Program-made: the position numbers and the translations under genes
Shown here: positions 28,832 through 37,521 of the stretch, in pieces
How the letters are laid out: the number at the start of each line of letters is the position of its first letter
Numbering within the stretch: position 1 is the first letter of the stretch
NCBI GenBank assembly: GCA_031409815.1
Contig: JANNXV010000086.1
Span: 1 to 59,879 of the forward strand
Direction of reading: 5' to 3'
DNA: 59,879 nucleotides
DNA from: Bacteroidota bacterium
GTDB lineage: Bacteria; Bacteroidota; Bacteroidia; AKYH767-A; OLB10
Notes under the pieces: model-generated
Told to the model about the DNA's origin: nothing
Databases searched by the model: none
Seen by the model: the letters and a program-made list of their open reading frames with translations, nothing else

Positions 28832-29571
28832 TAGTCGCGGTACGCTTTGCCTGTTAAATTCAAAAACAATTCTTCCAATCCCGTTTTATCATGTTCGATG
28901 AGCAGCTTGTCCAAATCGTCATTTAAAATAATTTTTCCATCGTCAATTAAAGTAATGCGGTTGCATAAATCCTGCGCTTCCTGTAAAAGATGTGAAGTGT
29001 AAATCAATGTGGCACCCTGCGCATTTAATTGTTTCAGGTAGTCGATAATCGCAAAACGTGTTTGCACATCAACACCAACTGTTGGTTCATCGAGAAATAA
29101 AATTTTCGGTTCGTGAATTACACCGATGGCAATGTTTAACCTGCGTTTCATTCCGCCCGAAAAACTTTTAAGGATTTTATTACGTGCATCATTTAAACCT
29201 AATACTGTAAGTAATTCATCGGTCCTTTGTTTTATCTGGTTGCGATTTAATCCTGACCAGGCACCAAAGAATTCCAAATTTTCTATAGGAGTCAACTCAT
29301 CGTAAAAAGCGAAATCCTGTGGTACATAACCAAATAATTTTTTAGCGTTGCGATCTGTGGTTACATCCAATCCAAACAAAGTTACCTTTCCATTTTGTGG
29401 TTTCAGAAGCCCCGTCATGATGGAAATGAGTGTGGTTTTACCTGCACCATTGGGACCAAACAAACCAAAGCGATCACCAGTGGAAATTTTTAATGAAATG
29501 TTTTTAAGACACGTTTCAATATTATTTCCGTACCGAAAATTTATCTGTTCAACGGAAACTGCTGTTTGCAT
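28831..29571 (-). CDS. ABC transporter ATP-binding protein
   Basis: GPNGAGKT, FSGGMKRR, LDEPT, SH switch. Confidence 0.95.
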   Translation of the reverse strand: MQTAVSVEQINFRYGNNIETCLKNISLKISTGDRFGLFGPNGAGKTTLISIMTGLLKPQNGKVTLFGLDVTTDRNAKKLFGYVPQDFAFYDELTPIENLEFFGAWSGLNRNQIKQRTDELLTVLGLNDARNKILKSFSGGMKRRLNIAIGVIHEPKILFLDEPTVGVDVQTRFAIIDYLKQLNAQGATLIYTSHLLQEAQDLCNRITLIDDGKIILNDDLDKLLIEHDKTGLEELFLNLTGKAYRD

Positions 29572-30585
29572 TTAGTTCCATTTAATTTTTGACAAAGCTA
29601 TAAATGCCTGTTTTTCAAATTCGGCTACTTCAAAAAGATAGTTACCCATATCATTAAAATCCTGTTGAGCAGTGATGCGGCCTTTAAATATTCCGGCAGC
29701 CTGTACTGCTGACGAACGCCACAAATCTCCTGCTTTAGTAAACTGCTCTGATATTTTTAACAGTTCATCAATTTTATGATACTTGTATGCTTGTTGCAGA
29801 AATGCAGCGTAAATAAAACGAAATCCTCCACCACCGGTACCTATTTCTTCCTGCATACGAACGAGTTGTGCCAGATAAAGTCCTGCGGTTTTTACTCCTA
29901 ATTTATCGCGCCAGTTGATAATTTTTTTTGCGGTGTAACGGATACCATTCACGCCTACAATCGGCCCTGGTATATGCAACATATCACGAACATTGCGCTT
30001 GATACCTTTGGTAATTGCTTTTCGGATGACATCATCATTCACCGGATTTTTCAGTTGCGGATAATACAACTGACCACGCGGAGCAAGCGCACCTTTTGCA
30101 AAACGTACACGTTGTAATTCATAACTGGTGAGTGTAGTAACTGTTTCCATTACCGGATCACTGATTAAATAATTATCAGCTTCTTTACCATACACCACAA
30201 TATTGTGTGCATTAAAATGAAAGCGGTATTCTTTTGGAAAATAGGTGAGGTAGTAGACTCCTACTTGTGCACCAACAGGTTGATTATTAAGTAAACATTC
30301 ATCTAAGAAGATCTGTGCTTTTTCTGGTGATGAAAATTTTTTTCTCATCACCGGAATACTTAACGAGTCACAGGTGCGTTTAAAAATCAAACCCGGCATG
30401 GTGCGATAGGAAAATGCAGGGCCGTTATTTATTTTTAGTAAAGGAATGTAAATGAAAAATAATCCCGACCCGATGCCAAACGCCAAGGGTTCAGTCATTT
30501 CATTTACACCAATATGATGAAGTAAATTGGTGGTAACTCCATTTTCACAGTGAGCTGTTTGTAGGTGATTAAATTCAGTCTTCAT
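29572..30585 (-). CDS. BtrH N-terminal / C39-like peptidase domain protein
   Basis: HCENG (Cys), FNAHN (His), ISDP; QEEIGTGGGGFR; a type I recall from flexirubin clusters. Confidence 0.82.
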   Translation of the reverse strand: MKTEFNHLQTAHCENGVTTNLLHHIGVNEMTEPLAFGIGSGLFFIYIPLLKINNGPAFSYRTMPGLIFKRTCDSLSIPVMRKKFSSPEKAQIFLDECLLNNQPVGAQVGVYYLTYFPKEYRFHFNAHNIVVYGKEADNYLISDPVMETVTTLTSYELQRVRFAKGALAPRGQLYYPQLKNPVNDDVIRKAITKGIKRNVRDMLHIPGPIVGVNGIRYTAKKIINWRDKLGVKTAGLYLAQLVRMQEEIGTGGGGFRFIYAAFLQQAYKYHKIDELLKISEQFTKAGDLWRSSAVQAAGIFKGRITAQQDFNDMGNYLFEVAEFEKQAFIALSKIKWN

Positions 30586-30982
30586 TAATTCTCAAACTTT
30601 TTAAATCATCAATGCTCACTTCAAATGTGTCAGCATACTTCTTCAGTTTTTTATCAGAAAGCTTTCTAAAGATGTTTGGATGAATGTGTCGTTTAATCTG
30701 CCATTGCCAGAATCCGGTGTAAGCAGCAATCGTAGGAAAATCCATCAGGCGCAATTCCATGAAAAATAAAACAGGACTTGCATCCCCGTTGTTTACTTTT
30801 TGTTTTGCATCATTGATACGCTGCTCAATATCCTTCCATGCAATATTTAATGCATCGGCTTTTACTTGCCAGCCTCTGCTTAAACCGGTTGTGTAATTTC
30901 CGGATGCATCTTCGCCATACACTACATCTCTTGTGAACTTGTCGAGCACTGATGGATCTTGTGGAAGATCTTTAATTTTCAT
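30575..30982 (-). CDS. Conserved hypothetical protein of dar/flexirubin clusters
   Basis: DLPQD, S.GW.VK, SPV.FFME..LMD, WQIKRH..P..F..LS motifs. Confidence 0.75.
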   Translation of the reverse strand: MKIKDLPQDPSVLDKFTRDVVYGEDASGNYTTGLSRGWQVKADALNIAWKDIEQRINDAKQKVNNGDASPVLFFMELRLMDFPTIAAYTGFWQWQIKRHIHPNIFRKLSDKKLKKYADTFEVSIDDLKSLRINED

Positions 30983-31043
30983 TTGTCAAAAGTATTATGA
31001 AAACTGTATTATCGGATTGGTAAAAATAAATTGGTGATAAAGT

Positions 31044-31913
31044 TTATTGTATGGATAAATGAGATTTTTTATCTGAAGTAATTATTTCCTTTGCTATTTG
31101 ATCAAGCCAGGATGCAAAGGTGTTGGCCGAAGACTCATGACTAATTGCAAGTTCCAACACATCTCTGGCACTTAGGTTGCACCAAACATTGCATGCTAAT
31201 TCTGTGTATTGGTTTAAGCAATTGGTTAGTGAGCGTGATTTGGCGACCATTGCGACTCCAATGCCTAATTGTTTACGATGTTTCCCTGCCAATGAAAAGA
31301 ATGATTTGTATATATTTACATCACAACCTCCAACATACACAGAGGCAATACCAACTCCTCTCCACAAATCAGGATGTCGTAAAGATGAAAACTTTTTAAT
31401 GTTTTCTGCTACAGCATTCACATCACCTTTACAACTGTACCAAAGGCTTCTGCCTAATCCTTGATCAAAAGCCGGAAAATCTTTTTCGGTAACAAAACTT
31501 TGTGTCTCTTGATTTTTTATTGAGGTTCTGTATTTGAAAATACCGGAATAGAAACCACATCCATCCCAAACTCTGCTTTGCATCATTGGATGAATGGTAT
31601 TCAAAAAGGATAATGCTGAAATGGAATCTGCTGCTATTGCCCAACCAAGACCAATATGAACATGACTTGCTTGATTAGTAGTAATCTTAACAAATTGATT
31701 CCATTTTTTTATCGAGTGATTTTGAATAAAATCATTTTGTGCAAGTGCCATAGAAGCTCCTTCATAAGCAACCGAACGAAATTCGGCATCGGTGCTTTCA
31801 AGATAATGGAATAACTCATCAAAATCAGGCAGCTTACTTGCAAAATGTTTTGCTTCCTGAAAAATAGTTCGAATAATTTCTATTCTCAGTTGTACACTAC
31901 TCTTGTTATTCAT
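31044..31913 (-). CDS. DUF1702 family protein (enediyne biosynthesis UnbL/E3-like)
   Basis: AYEGASMALA, HVHIGLGWAIA, DGCGFY.G, DQGLGRSLWY, DLWRGVGIA..Y.GG match my recollection of the DUF1702 consensus. Confidence 0.8.
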   Translation of the reverse strand: MNNKSSVQLRIEIIRTIFQEAKHFASKLPDFDELFHYLESTDAEFRSVAYEGASMALAQNDFIQNHSIKKWNQFVKITTNQASHVHIGLGWAIAADSISALSFLNTIHPMMQSRVWDGCGFYSGIFKYRTSIKNQETQSFVTEKDFPAFDQGLGRSLWYSCKGDVNAVAENIKKFSSLRHPDLWRGVGIASVYVGGCDVNIYKSFFSLAGKHRKQLGIGVAMVAKSRSLTNCLNQYTELACNVWCNLSARDVLELAISHESSANTFASWLDQIAKEIITSDKKSHLSIQ

Positions 31914-31930
31914 TTTTGTTTTTGGGCTCG

Positions 31931-33622
31931 CTATCCATTTGCCATAACTTCTTTCTTATTGTAGAACCACATTACATCAACATCCTTTGCAATTGATTCA
32001 TCAGGCAATAATCCATTTATATGTTGGCTTAAATCAGCACCATCGCTAAGCGATATGGCATAAGGATCAACACGCATATCAACAGGTGTTCCCTTAACTT
32101 GTGTGCTCACCAATCGGAAGATGGCAGCAGCAATTTTCTCCAGCTTCTCCATATTCATTGCAATTTGCGCAACAATTTTTTCCCCGTGTTGTACTTCAAT
32201 ACCCTGTTGAAATTCGCGCAGGTATGTCACATCAAAAGGATCAATGTAATGATTAGAGAAAATTTCGGTTTCGAAAGGCTTCCAGGCAAGAAAAAGATCC
32301 TGCATGGTTTTATTTAACCTTCCGAATTTTTTACCTAAGCTATCCGTTGAAGAGAAAAGTTCTTTTAATACTTTTAAATTGGTGAAAGCTTTATTGGTAA
32401 ACAGTAATGAAGGAATAGACCAATAGATGGCCCAGTCCCAGAAAATTTTAATTACCATAATCTGGGTGTTGCCCATTAATGTGTATTTGTTCTGATAAAT
32501 GGGAATCCAGTTTTGCACGTGTGAAAGATGTGCCTGCTCGTAAATACCAGCACGCATGCTAATGTCTTCTCCATCCAAATCACGTAGTATTAAATCTGAT
32601 AGCCAGGTGTTGGCCAATGAAATAAAATCTGAACCGGGCGAATATAATGGATCAAGAAATGCACCTGACTCGCCAACCACACCCCAACGTTCTTCAGAAT
32701 ACAAACGGCCTGAATCATGTGCAAAATGTTTGAGCACCCTAAAATCTAACAAGCCATCGCCTTCACCAAATGGCTTTAGCATTTTATAGCAAAGCGGTTC
32801 GTTTTTCTCGAGCCAGTTTAAAGCTTTATCATATTTATTTATTTCATCAAACGGATGAATGGCAGGGTCTGCAACAATTCCAATGCTGGTGTTTTTTGAT
32901 CCCAATGGGATAATCCATACCCAATAGCCCGAATCCATAAAATGAACAGTACTTAAATATCTTAAACGTGGTTCGAGATGATGTTTCCATTCCGGATTGT
33001 CCGACCAGTCATCAATATCCACAATTCCTTTTAAACGCCACCACACAGCATTTACATGGTGCTCCATCGGTTTTTGAAATTGCAGTTTGCGTTTGAGTAA
33101 ACTGCCACGCCCGGTTGCATCAGCCACCCATTTGCCTGTTACTTTTACTTCTTGTTCATCTTTAAGATAAATTACTTCGTGTCCGCTGGTGGAAAAATTT
33201 ACTTCTTTGGCACGTGCACCCAGAATCAATATTGCTCCTAACTCCTGAGCATGTTTGGCCAGATAATTTTCCAATGTTCCTCTATCTAATTGATGACTGG
33301 GTACGGGAAGTTTTAAACGTGGGCCCAATTCAACTCTATTAGAGATTTCTTCTTTGTGATTGGTTTTGAAAAAAAATCGTAATCCATGTTTAGGCAATTC
33401 ATGTGCTTCAAGATAATCTTTAAGACCCAATACTTCACGCATATAATGTGTGGCAAGTTCCACCGTTGATTCACCCACTTTGTGCGCAGCTGTTGAAGCT
33501 TCACTGGCACGGCTTTCCAAAATCAAAATGGAGATTTCCGGTTTTGCACGTTTTAACTGAATAGCTAAGGTAAGGCCGGCAAGGCCGCCACCTGGTATTA
33601 TGACATCGTATGGTGTTTGCAT
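31931..33622 (-). CDS. Flavin-dependent halogenase
   Basis: GGGLAG FAD motif, HKVGESTVE, LPKHGLRFFF (candidate catalytic Lys), WVWIIP halogenase motif, FLDPLYSPG. Confidence 0.8.
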   Translation of the reverse strand: MQTPYDVIIPGGGLAGLTLAIQLKRAKPEISILILESRASEASTAAHKVGESTVELATHYMREVLGLKDYLEAHELPKHGLRFFFKTNHKEEISNRVELGPRLKLPVPSHQLDRGTLENYLAKHAQELGAILILGARAKEVNFSTSGHEVIYLKDEQEVKVTGKWVADATGRGSLLKRKLQFQKPMEHHVNAVWWRLKGIVDIDDWSDNPEWKHHLEPRLRYLSTVHFMDSGYWVWIIPLGSKNTSIGIVADPAIHPFDEINKYDKALNWLEKNEPLCYKMLKPFGEGDGLLDFRVLKHFAHDSGRLYSEERWGVVGESGAFLDPLYSPGSDFISLANTWLSDLILRDLDGEDISMRAGIYEQAHLSHVQNWIPIYQNKYTLMGNTQIMVIKIFWDWAIYWSIPSLLFTNKAFTNLKVLKELFSSTDSLGKKFGRLNKTMQDLFLAWKPFETEIFSNHYIDPFDVTYLREFQQGIEVQHGEKIVAQIAMNMEKLEKIAAAIFRLVSTQVKGTPVDMRVDPYAISLSDGADLSQHINGLLPDESIAKDVDVMWFYNKKEVMANG

Positions 33623-33673
33623 GAAAATAATTATCGAACTATGAGAACAACTCTATGAACACTGTTAACATTC

Positions 33674-34819
33674 TTAAACTACCGTAAGTAGGGCATACAT
33701 ATAACTGAATCGTGAACTTTCGGGAACCAATAAAAATATTCGCTCGCCTCTTTTTAATTTGCCACTATTGAATAATTCTTCCACCATCATATAAATAGAT
33801 CCTGCTCCAACATTTCCAATGGTTGAAAGATTGGTAAACCATTTCTCTTGAGGAATATGCATATTATTTGCATCTAGCTTTTCAGCAATTTTATTTCTAA
33901 AAAATTCGCTGCTAAGGTGAGGAAGGAAATAATCTATGTCGGATACATTGATATTATATTTTTCAAACAGCGGTTTAAACATATTGTATCCTAATTCAAC
34001 GATATTTTCGCCAAGTAATTTTATATCTTGCTTGATGGCAAGAATAGAATGGTCGATAATTTCTGTTGACGAATAATCCATGTAACTTTTTAGTACTCCA
34101 CCTTCGAGTTTTTCTGCGGCCATATACATGCAAGGTTCAACCAAATGAGCATATGATACCCCATCTAATCCATCAATGCGCAAGCTTATTCCGTTTTCAT
34201 TCTTCTTGTCATTTAACTGAAGAGCTCCGGCACCATCGCTCAGCATCCAACGTAAAAATTCTTTATCAAATGTGATAAACGGATTTTTTTCTGCTGCCTC
34301 CAACTTGTTTGCTTCTTCTTCAAAAACATCTGAACGCAGAATGCGTGATAGTCTTTCGGAGCCTGAGGCTACTGCATTTTTTGCTTGGCCTAATTGAACC
34401 GACATCCATGCATATTTTAGTGCATGCATACCTGAACAACATACACCGGAAGGAGAAACCACTTCAATGGCGTTTGCTTCGGGTAACCAACCATGAACCA
34501 TCACAGCATGAGAAGGCATCATCTGATCGGGTGATGAGGTTCCACAACATAGAAGATCCATGGCTTTTATTTTATCTGGATTGTTATCCATCAGATTTCT
34601 GATTGCCAATGCAACCATTTGTGAATTGGTATGGGTGGAAATACCGTTTTTGTCGATGGCATAATAGCGAGACTTGATACCGTTATTACGCAACACAATG
34701 CGTCTTGATTTGGATGATAAATGATGAATCATACCCAAATAATCTTCCATTTCATCATTCGAAACCGGTTGGTTGGGTAAAAATTTTGCCGCTTTTGTTA
34801 TAAAAACTTCGTTTGTCAT
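33674..34819 (-). CDS. darB: StlD/DarB family beta-ketosynthase III
   Basis: FLPN.PVSN.EME..LG, GVCCSG catalytic Cys, FLRWMLSDGAGA, LPHLSS, GNVGA, VPESSRF. Confidence 0.9.
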   Translation of the reverse strand: MTNEVFITKAAKFLPNQPVSNDEMEDYLGMIHHLSSKSRRIVLRNNGIKSRYYAIDKNGISTHTNSQMVALAIRNLMDNNPDKIKAMDLLCCGTSSPDQMMPSHAVMVHGWLPEANAIEVVSPSGVCCSGMHALKYAWMSVQLGQAKNAVASGSERLSRILRSDVFEEEANKLEAAEKNPFITFDKEFLRWMLSDGAGALQLNDKKNENGISLRIDGLDGVSYAHLVEPCMYMAAEKLEGGVLKSYMDYSSTEIIDHSILAIKQDIKLLGENIVELGYNMFKPLFEKYNINVSDIDYFLPHLSSEFFRNKIAEKLDANNMHIPQEKWFTNLSTIGNVGAGSIYMMVEELFNSGKLKRGERIFLLVPESSRFSYMYALLTVV

Positions 34820-34820
34820 T

Positions 34821-35726
34821 CTAATTGTAATTTACTCCTGAATAATAGATTTTGTTTTTACTGATTTGATTGCCTGAAAACGGCCTGATGAAAATATTAT
34901 AAATTAACAACACTACAGGTGCAACTATAAATAAGGCAAATAATAAATAGTATTTGAAGATTTGCAGCCATAATGATCTGTTGCTCTTTTTGATGATAAC
35001 GCGTGCCCATATTTTAAACAATACAGATGCCCTGGTTTCGATAAACATCAGATTGGTATGTACTTCTACAGCATTCATTGTCAGTAATCGTTCTTGTAAG
35101 TCTTGCCAGTTATTATTTTCCAATGACTTTACTACTTCAAATCCAAACGCTCGGCTACCTGCAACATCAGTTTCGTTAATTCCCGGACGCGGAAAAATAC
35201 CAAGAAAATGGTCACGTTTGCCGGTAAACATCCAATATTGAATAGTAATAGCGCTTACAAAATTATTATGGCGGTCGGCCAGCACAATATTGGCAAGTAA
35301 ATTGGCTCCGCTTTCTTTCAATAGTTTTTTAACTTGTTCCTGTGAGTTGATCCACATGTTTCGCGAACCAATCAGTGTAATTACCGGAGTGTTAGCTAAT
35401 CTATTTTTAAAGTCTGAATGCTGAAGCAATGAAGAAATAGGGATGCTTGGAGATAAAAACCAGGGTTGAAAAGCAATTACAATAAGATCGTAATGAGTTC
35501 TCTTAAAATCAGGTTTTATTAATTCGGTGGCTATACCTAATACACTCTCAGGCATGGCATCAAAAAATGCTTTGCCTGACCATGGAAAGGGAAAATCGTT
35601 TGTCGGTTGAATCTTCATCCATTCGATCTCACAATTGTTTTCCATTAATGGTGAAATAAAATTTTCAGCAATTTTTTTTAGCTGACCTGATTGAGAATAA
35701 TATGCTACAAGAATATTTTTATTCAT
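34821..35726 (-). CDS. darA: Dialkylresorcinol-condensing enzyme
   Basis: LVAYYSQSGQL, FPFPW...FFDAMPES, QPWFLSPSIP, GSRNMW, DRH.N.VS; adjacent to darB. Confidence 0.9.
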   Translation of the reverse strand: MNKNILVAYYSQSGQLKKIAENFISPLMENNCEIEWMKIQPTNDFPFPWSGKAFFDAMPESVLGIATELIKPDFKRTHYDLIVIAFQPWFLSPSIPISSLLQHSDFKNRLANTPVITLIGSRNMWINSQEQVKKLLKESGANLLANIVLADRHNNFVSAITIQYWMFTGKRDHFLGIFPRPGINETDVAGSRAFGFEVVKSLENNNWQDLQERLLTMNAVEVHTNLMFIETRASVLFKIWARVIIKKSNRSLWLQIFKYYLLFALFIVAPVVLLIYNIFIRPFSGNQISKNKIYYSGVNYN

Positions 35727-35733
35727 TTTAATC

Positions 35734-36243
35734 TCAATTAGCAATCAGTGACTTTAAAGCGGTTGAATTTTTTGAATAATCCAATATCACCTTTTGTAAT
35801 TCGGGAGTGAATTGAGGATAGGCCTTTTTTACTATTTCGGCATCTTTATTAATACTCTCATGGTATTTTACCACTTCAGGACAATGCTCTTGAATGATCA
35901 ATCTTAAAAATCGAAATTCAGCATTATTATTTTCTTTAACGATTGCTTCTTCTAATAAAACTCTTCCTTCTTTAAAAAGATCCATTTTACGCTTAACGGT
36001 TTTGATAAGATCTGATTTTTTCATCATCAATGCGCCAGTAAATGCTTTATCATTATCTGATGAAATGGGTTTTAATGATTGTAGTGATATATTAATTTTT
36101 ACGGTATCATTTCCCGAAAGGGCATCATAATAACTTGTGATATTTTTATTTTTAAAGTTAGGTGGAGCGGTGTATTGTTGAAAGCCATAGGCATGAAAAA
36201 TTATGCAGTAAGAGAAAATAAAGAAGTAAAATATTTTTTTCAT
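35734..36243 (-). CDS. Hypothetical secreted helical protein
   Basis: Signal peptide; GALMMKK, FKEG..LLE.AI, N.EFRFLRL.IQE..P. Confidence 0.7.
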   Translation of the reverse strand: MKKIFYFFIFSYCIIFHAYGFQQYTAPPNFKNKNITSYYDALSGNDTVKINISLQSLKPISSDNDKAFTGALMMKKSDLIKTVKRKMDLFKEGRVLLEEAIVKENNNAEFRFLRLIIQEHCPEVVKYHESINKDAEIVKKAYPQFTPELQKVILDYSKNSTALKSLIAN

Positions 36244-36276
36244 TTTTAACAAATTGATGCAAGCACAAAATGGGTA

Positions 36277-37521
36277 TCAGGAAGGAAAAGCAGGTTGCGT
36301 AATCCTTATGGTTTGAGCCAATGCTTTTAAAATTGTTTTATGCTTCTTTACAATCGGGTTGGTTTCATCCCAAACATATCCTGCCAGAATGGAACAAATT
36401 TGTTGTTTTATACTAGCCTTAATATCTGGAGCTAAAATGATCGTTTGAATATCTCCATTATACCATCCCAAAACAAATGATCGGAAAACATCAATACCAC
36501 TTCTTAAAACATTTTCATATTCATTGAGCCAATCTACGGGTTCACCATTTAATTGTCGGTGAGCCAATTTTGCTGCCAGCAAACCTGAGCCGGTTGCAAG
36601 TGTTACACCTGACGAAAAAATCGGATCCAGAAACTCGGTGCTGTTTCCACACAAAACATATCCTTCACCGAATAATTGTTTAGCACGAACCGCATAGCCA
36701 AGTATCTTTTTTGGTTCAAACACTAGTTTTTCTTCGCTAAAGCGTCCGTTTAAATCTTTAAAATTTCTGATATGATTTATAAACCCTGCACCATTGTTGG
36801 CTGCAAATTCTTCAACTAGAGATACTTCTCCAACAACACCAACAGACGTTGTTTGATCAGAAAATGGTATCGCCCAAATCCAAGCAGTATGGTTATTGAA
36901 CGAGTGAACAAATATGTTTTCTCCTGCTTTGCTTGTCCTTTTATTATCTTCAATATGTGCAAATACTGCTCCTCTGGGTGGGGTGTTAACGGGCTCTTCT
37001 AAATTAAAAAATTTGGGCAACACCCTTCCGTAACCACTGGCATCCAGAATAAATTTCGCCTCAACTGAATGTGTGTTTCCTTCAGCATCGCTGTAAGTAA
37101 CCAGTTGTTTTTCTTTAGAACAATTTACGCTCTTAACTTCACATTTGAATTTAACAGTAACACCTTGTTCAATAGCAGTATTGATTAAAATATGGTCGAA
37201 CTCGGCACGCTTAACCTGCCAGGTCCAGGTCCATCCTTTGGTAAACTGATCAGCAAAAAGAAATTCGATTTTTTGTTCACCTTTATAAAAAGCGGCTCCG
37301 GTTTTTAATTGGAAACCGTGCTTTTTCACGTTCTCTAAAAAGCCAACTTCTTCTAAATGAGCCATGCATTGTGGCAATAGACTTTCACCAATTACAAATC
37401 TGGGGAATTGCTCTTTTTCAAGAACGAGCACTTTGTAATTATTTTTATTCAGATAGGCAGCAGCTACAGCACCGGCTGGTCCTGCTCCAATAACTAAAAT
37501 GTCAACGTTTTCTGTTCGCAT
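36277..37521 (-). CDS. FAD-dependent oxidoreductase / halogenase-like (flexirubin cluster type)
   Basis: GAGPAG, FPRFVIGESLLP, FQLKTGA.F, DASGYGR, WIWAIP, EFLDPIFSSG. Confidence 0.85.
   Translation of the reverse strand: MRTENVDILVIGAGPAGAVAAAYLNKNNYKVLVLEKEQFPRFVIGESLLPQCMAHLEEVGFLENVKKHGFQLKTGAAFYKGEQKIEFLFADQFTKGWTWTWQVKRAEFDHILINTAIEQGVTVKFKCEVKSVNCSKEKQLVTYSDAEGNTHSVEAKFILDASGYGRVLPKFFNLEEPVNTPPRGAVFAHIEDNKRTSKAGENIFVHSFNNHTAWIWAIPFSDQTTSVGVVGEVSLVEEFAANNGAGFINHIRNFKDLNGRFSEEKLVFEPKKILGYAVRAKQLFGEGYVLCGNSTEFLDPIFSSGVTLATGSGLLAAKLAHRQLNGEPVDWLNEYENVLRSGIDVFRSFVLGWYNGDIQTIILAPDIKASIKQQICSILAGYVWDETNPIVKKHKTILKALAQTIRITQPAFPS

Noticed and set aside
31044-31913. Enediyne gene cluster
   Set aside because: Only the DUF1702 gene is present; no iterative type I PksE, UnbV or UnbU in the window
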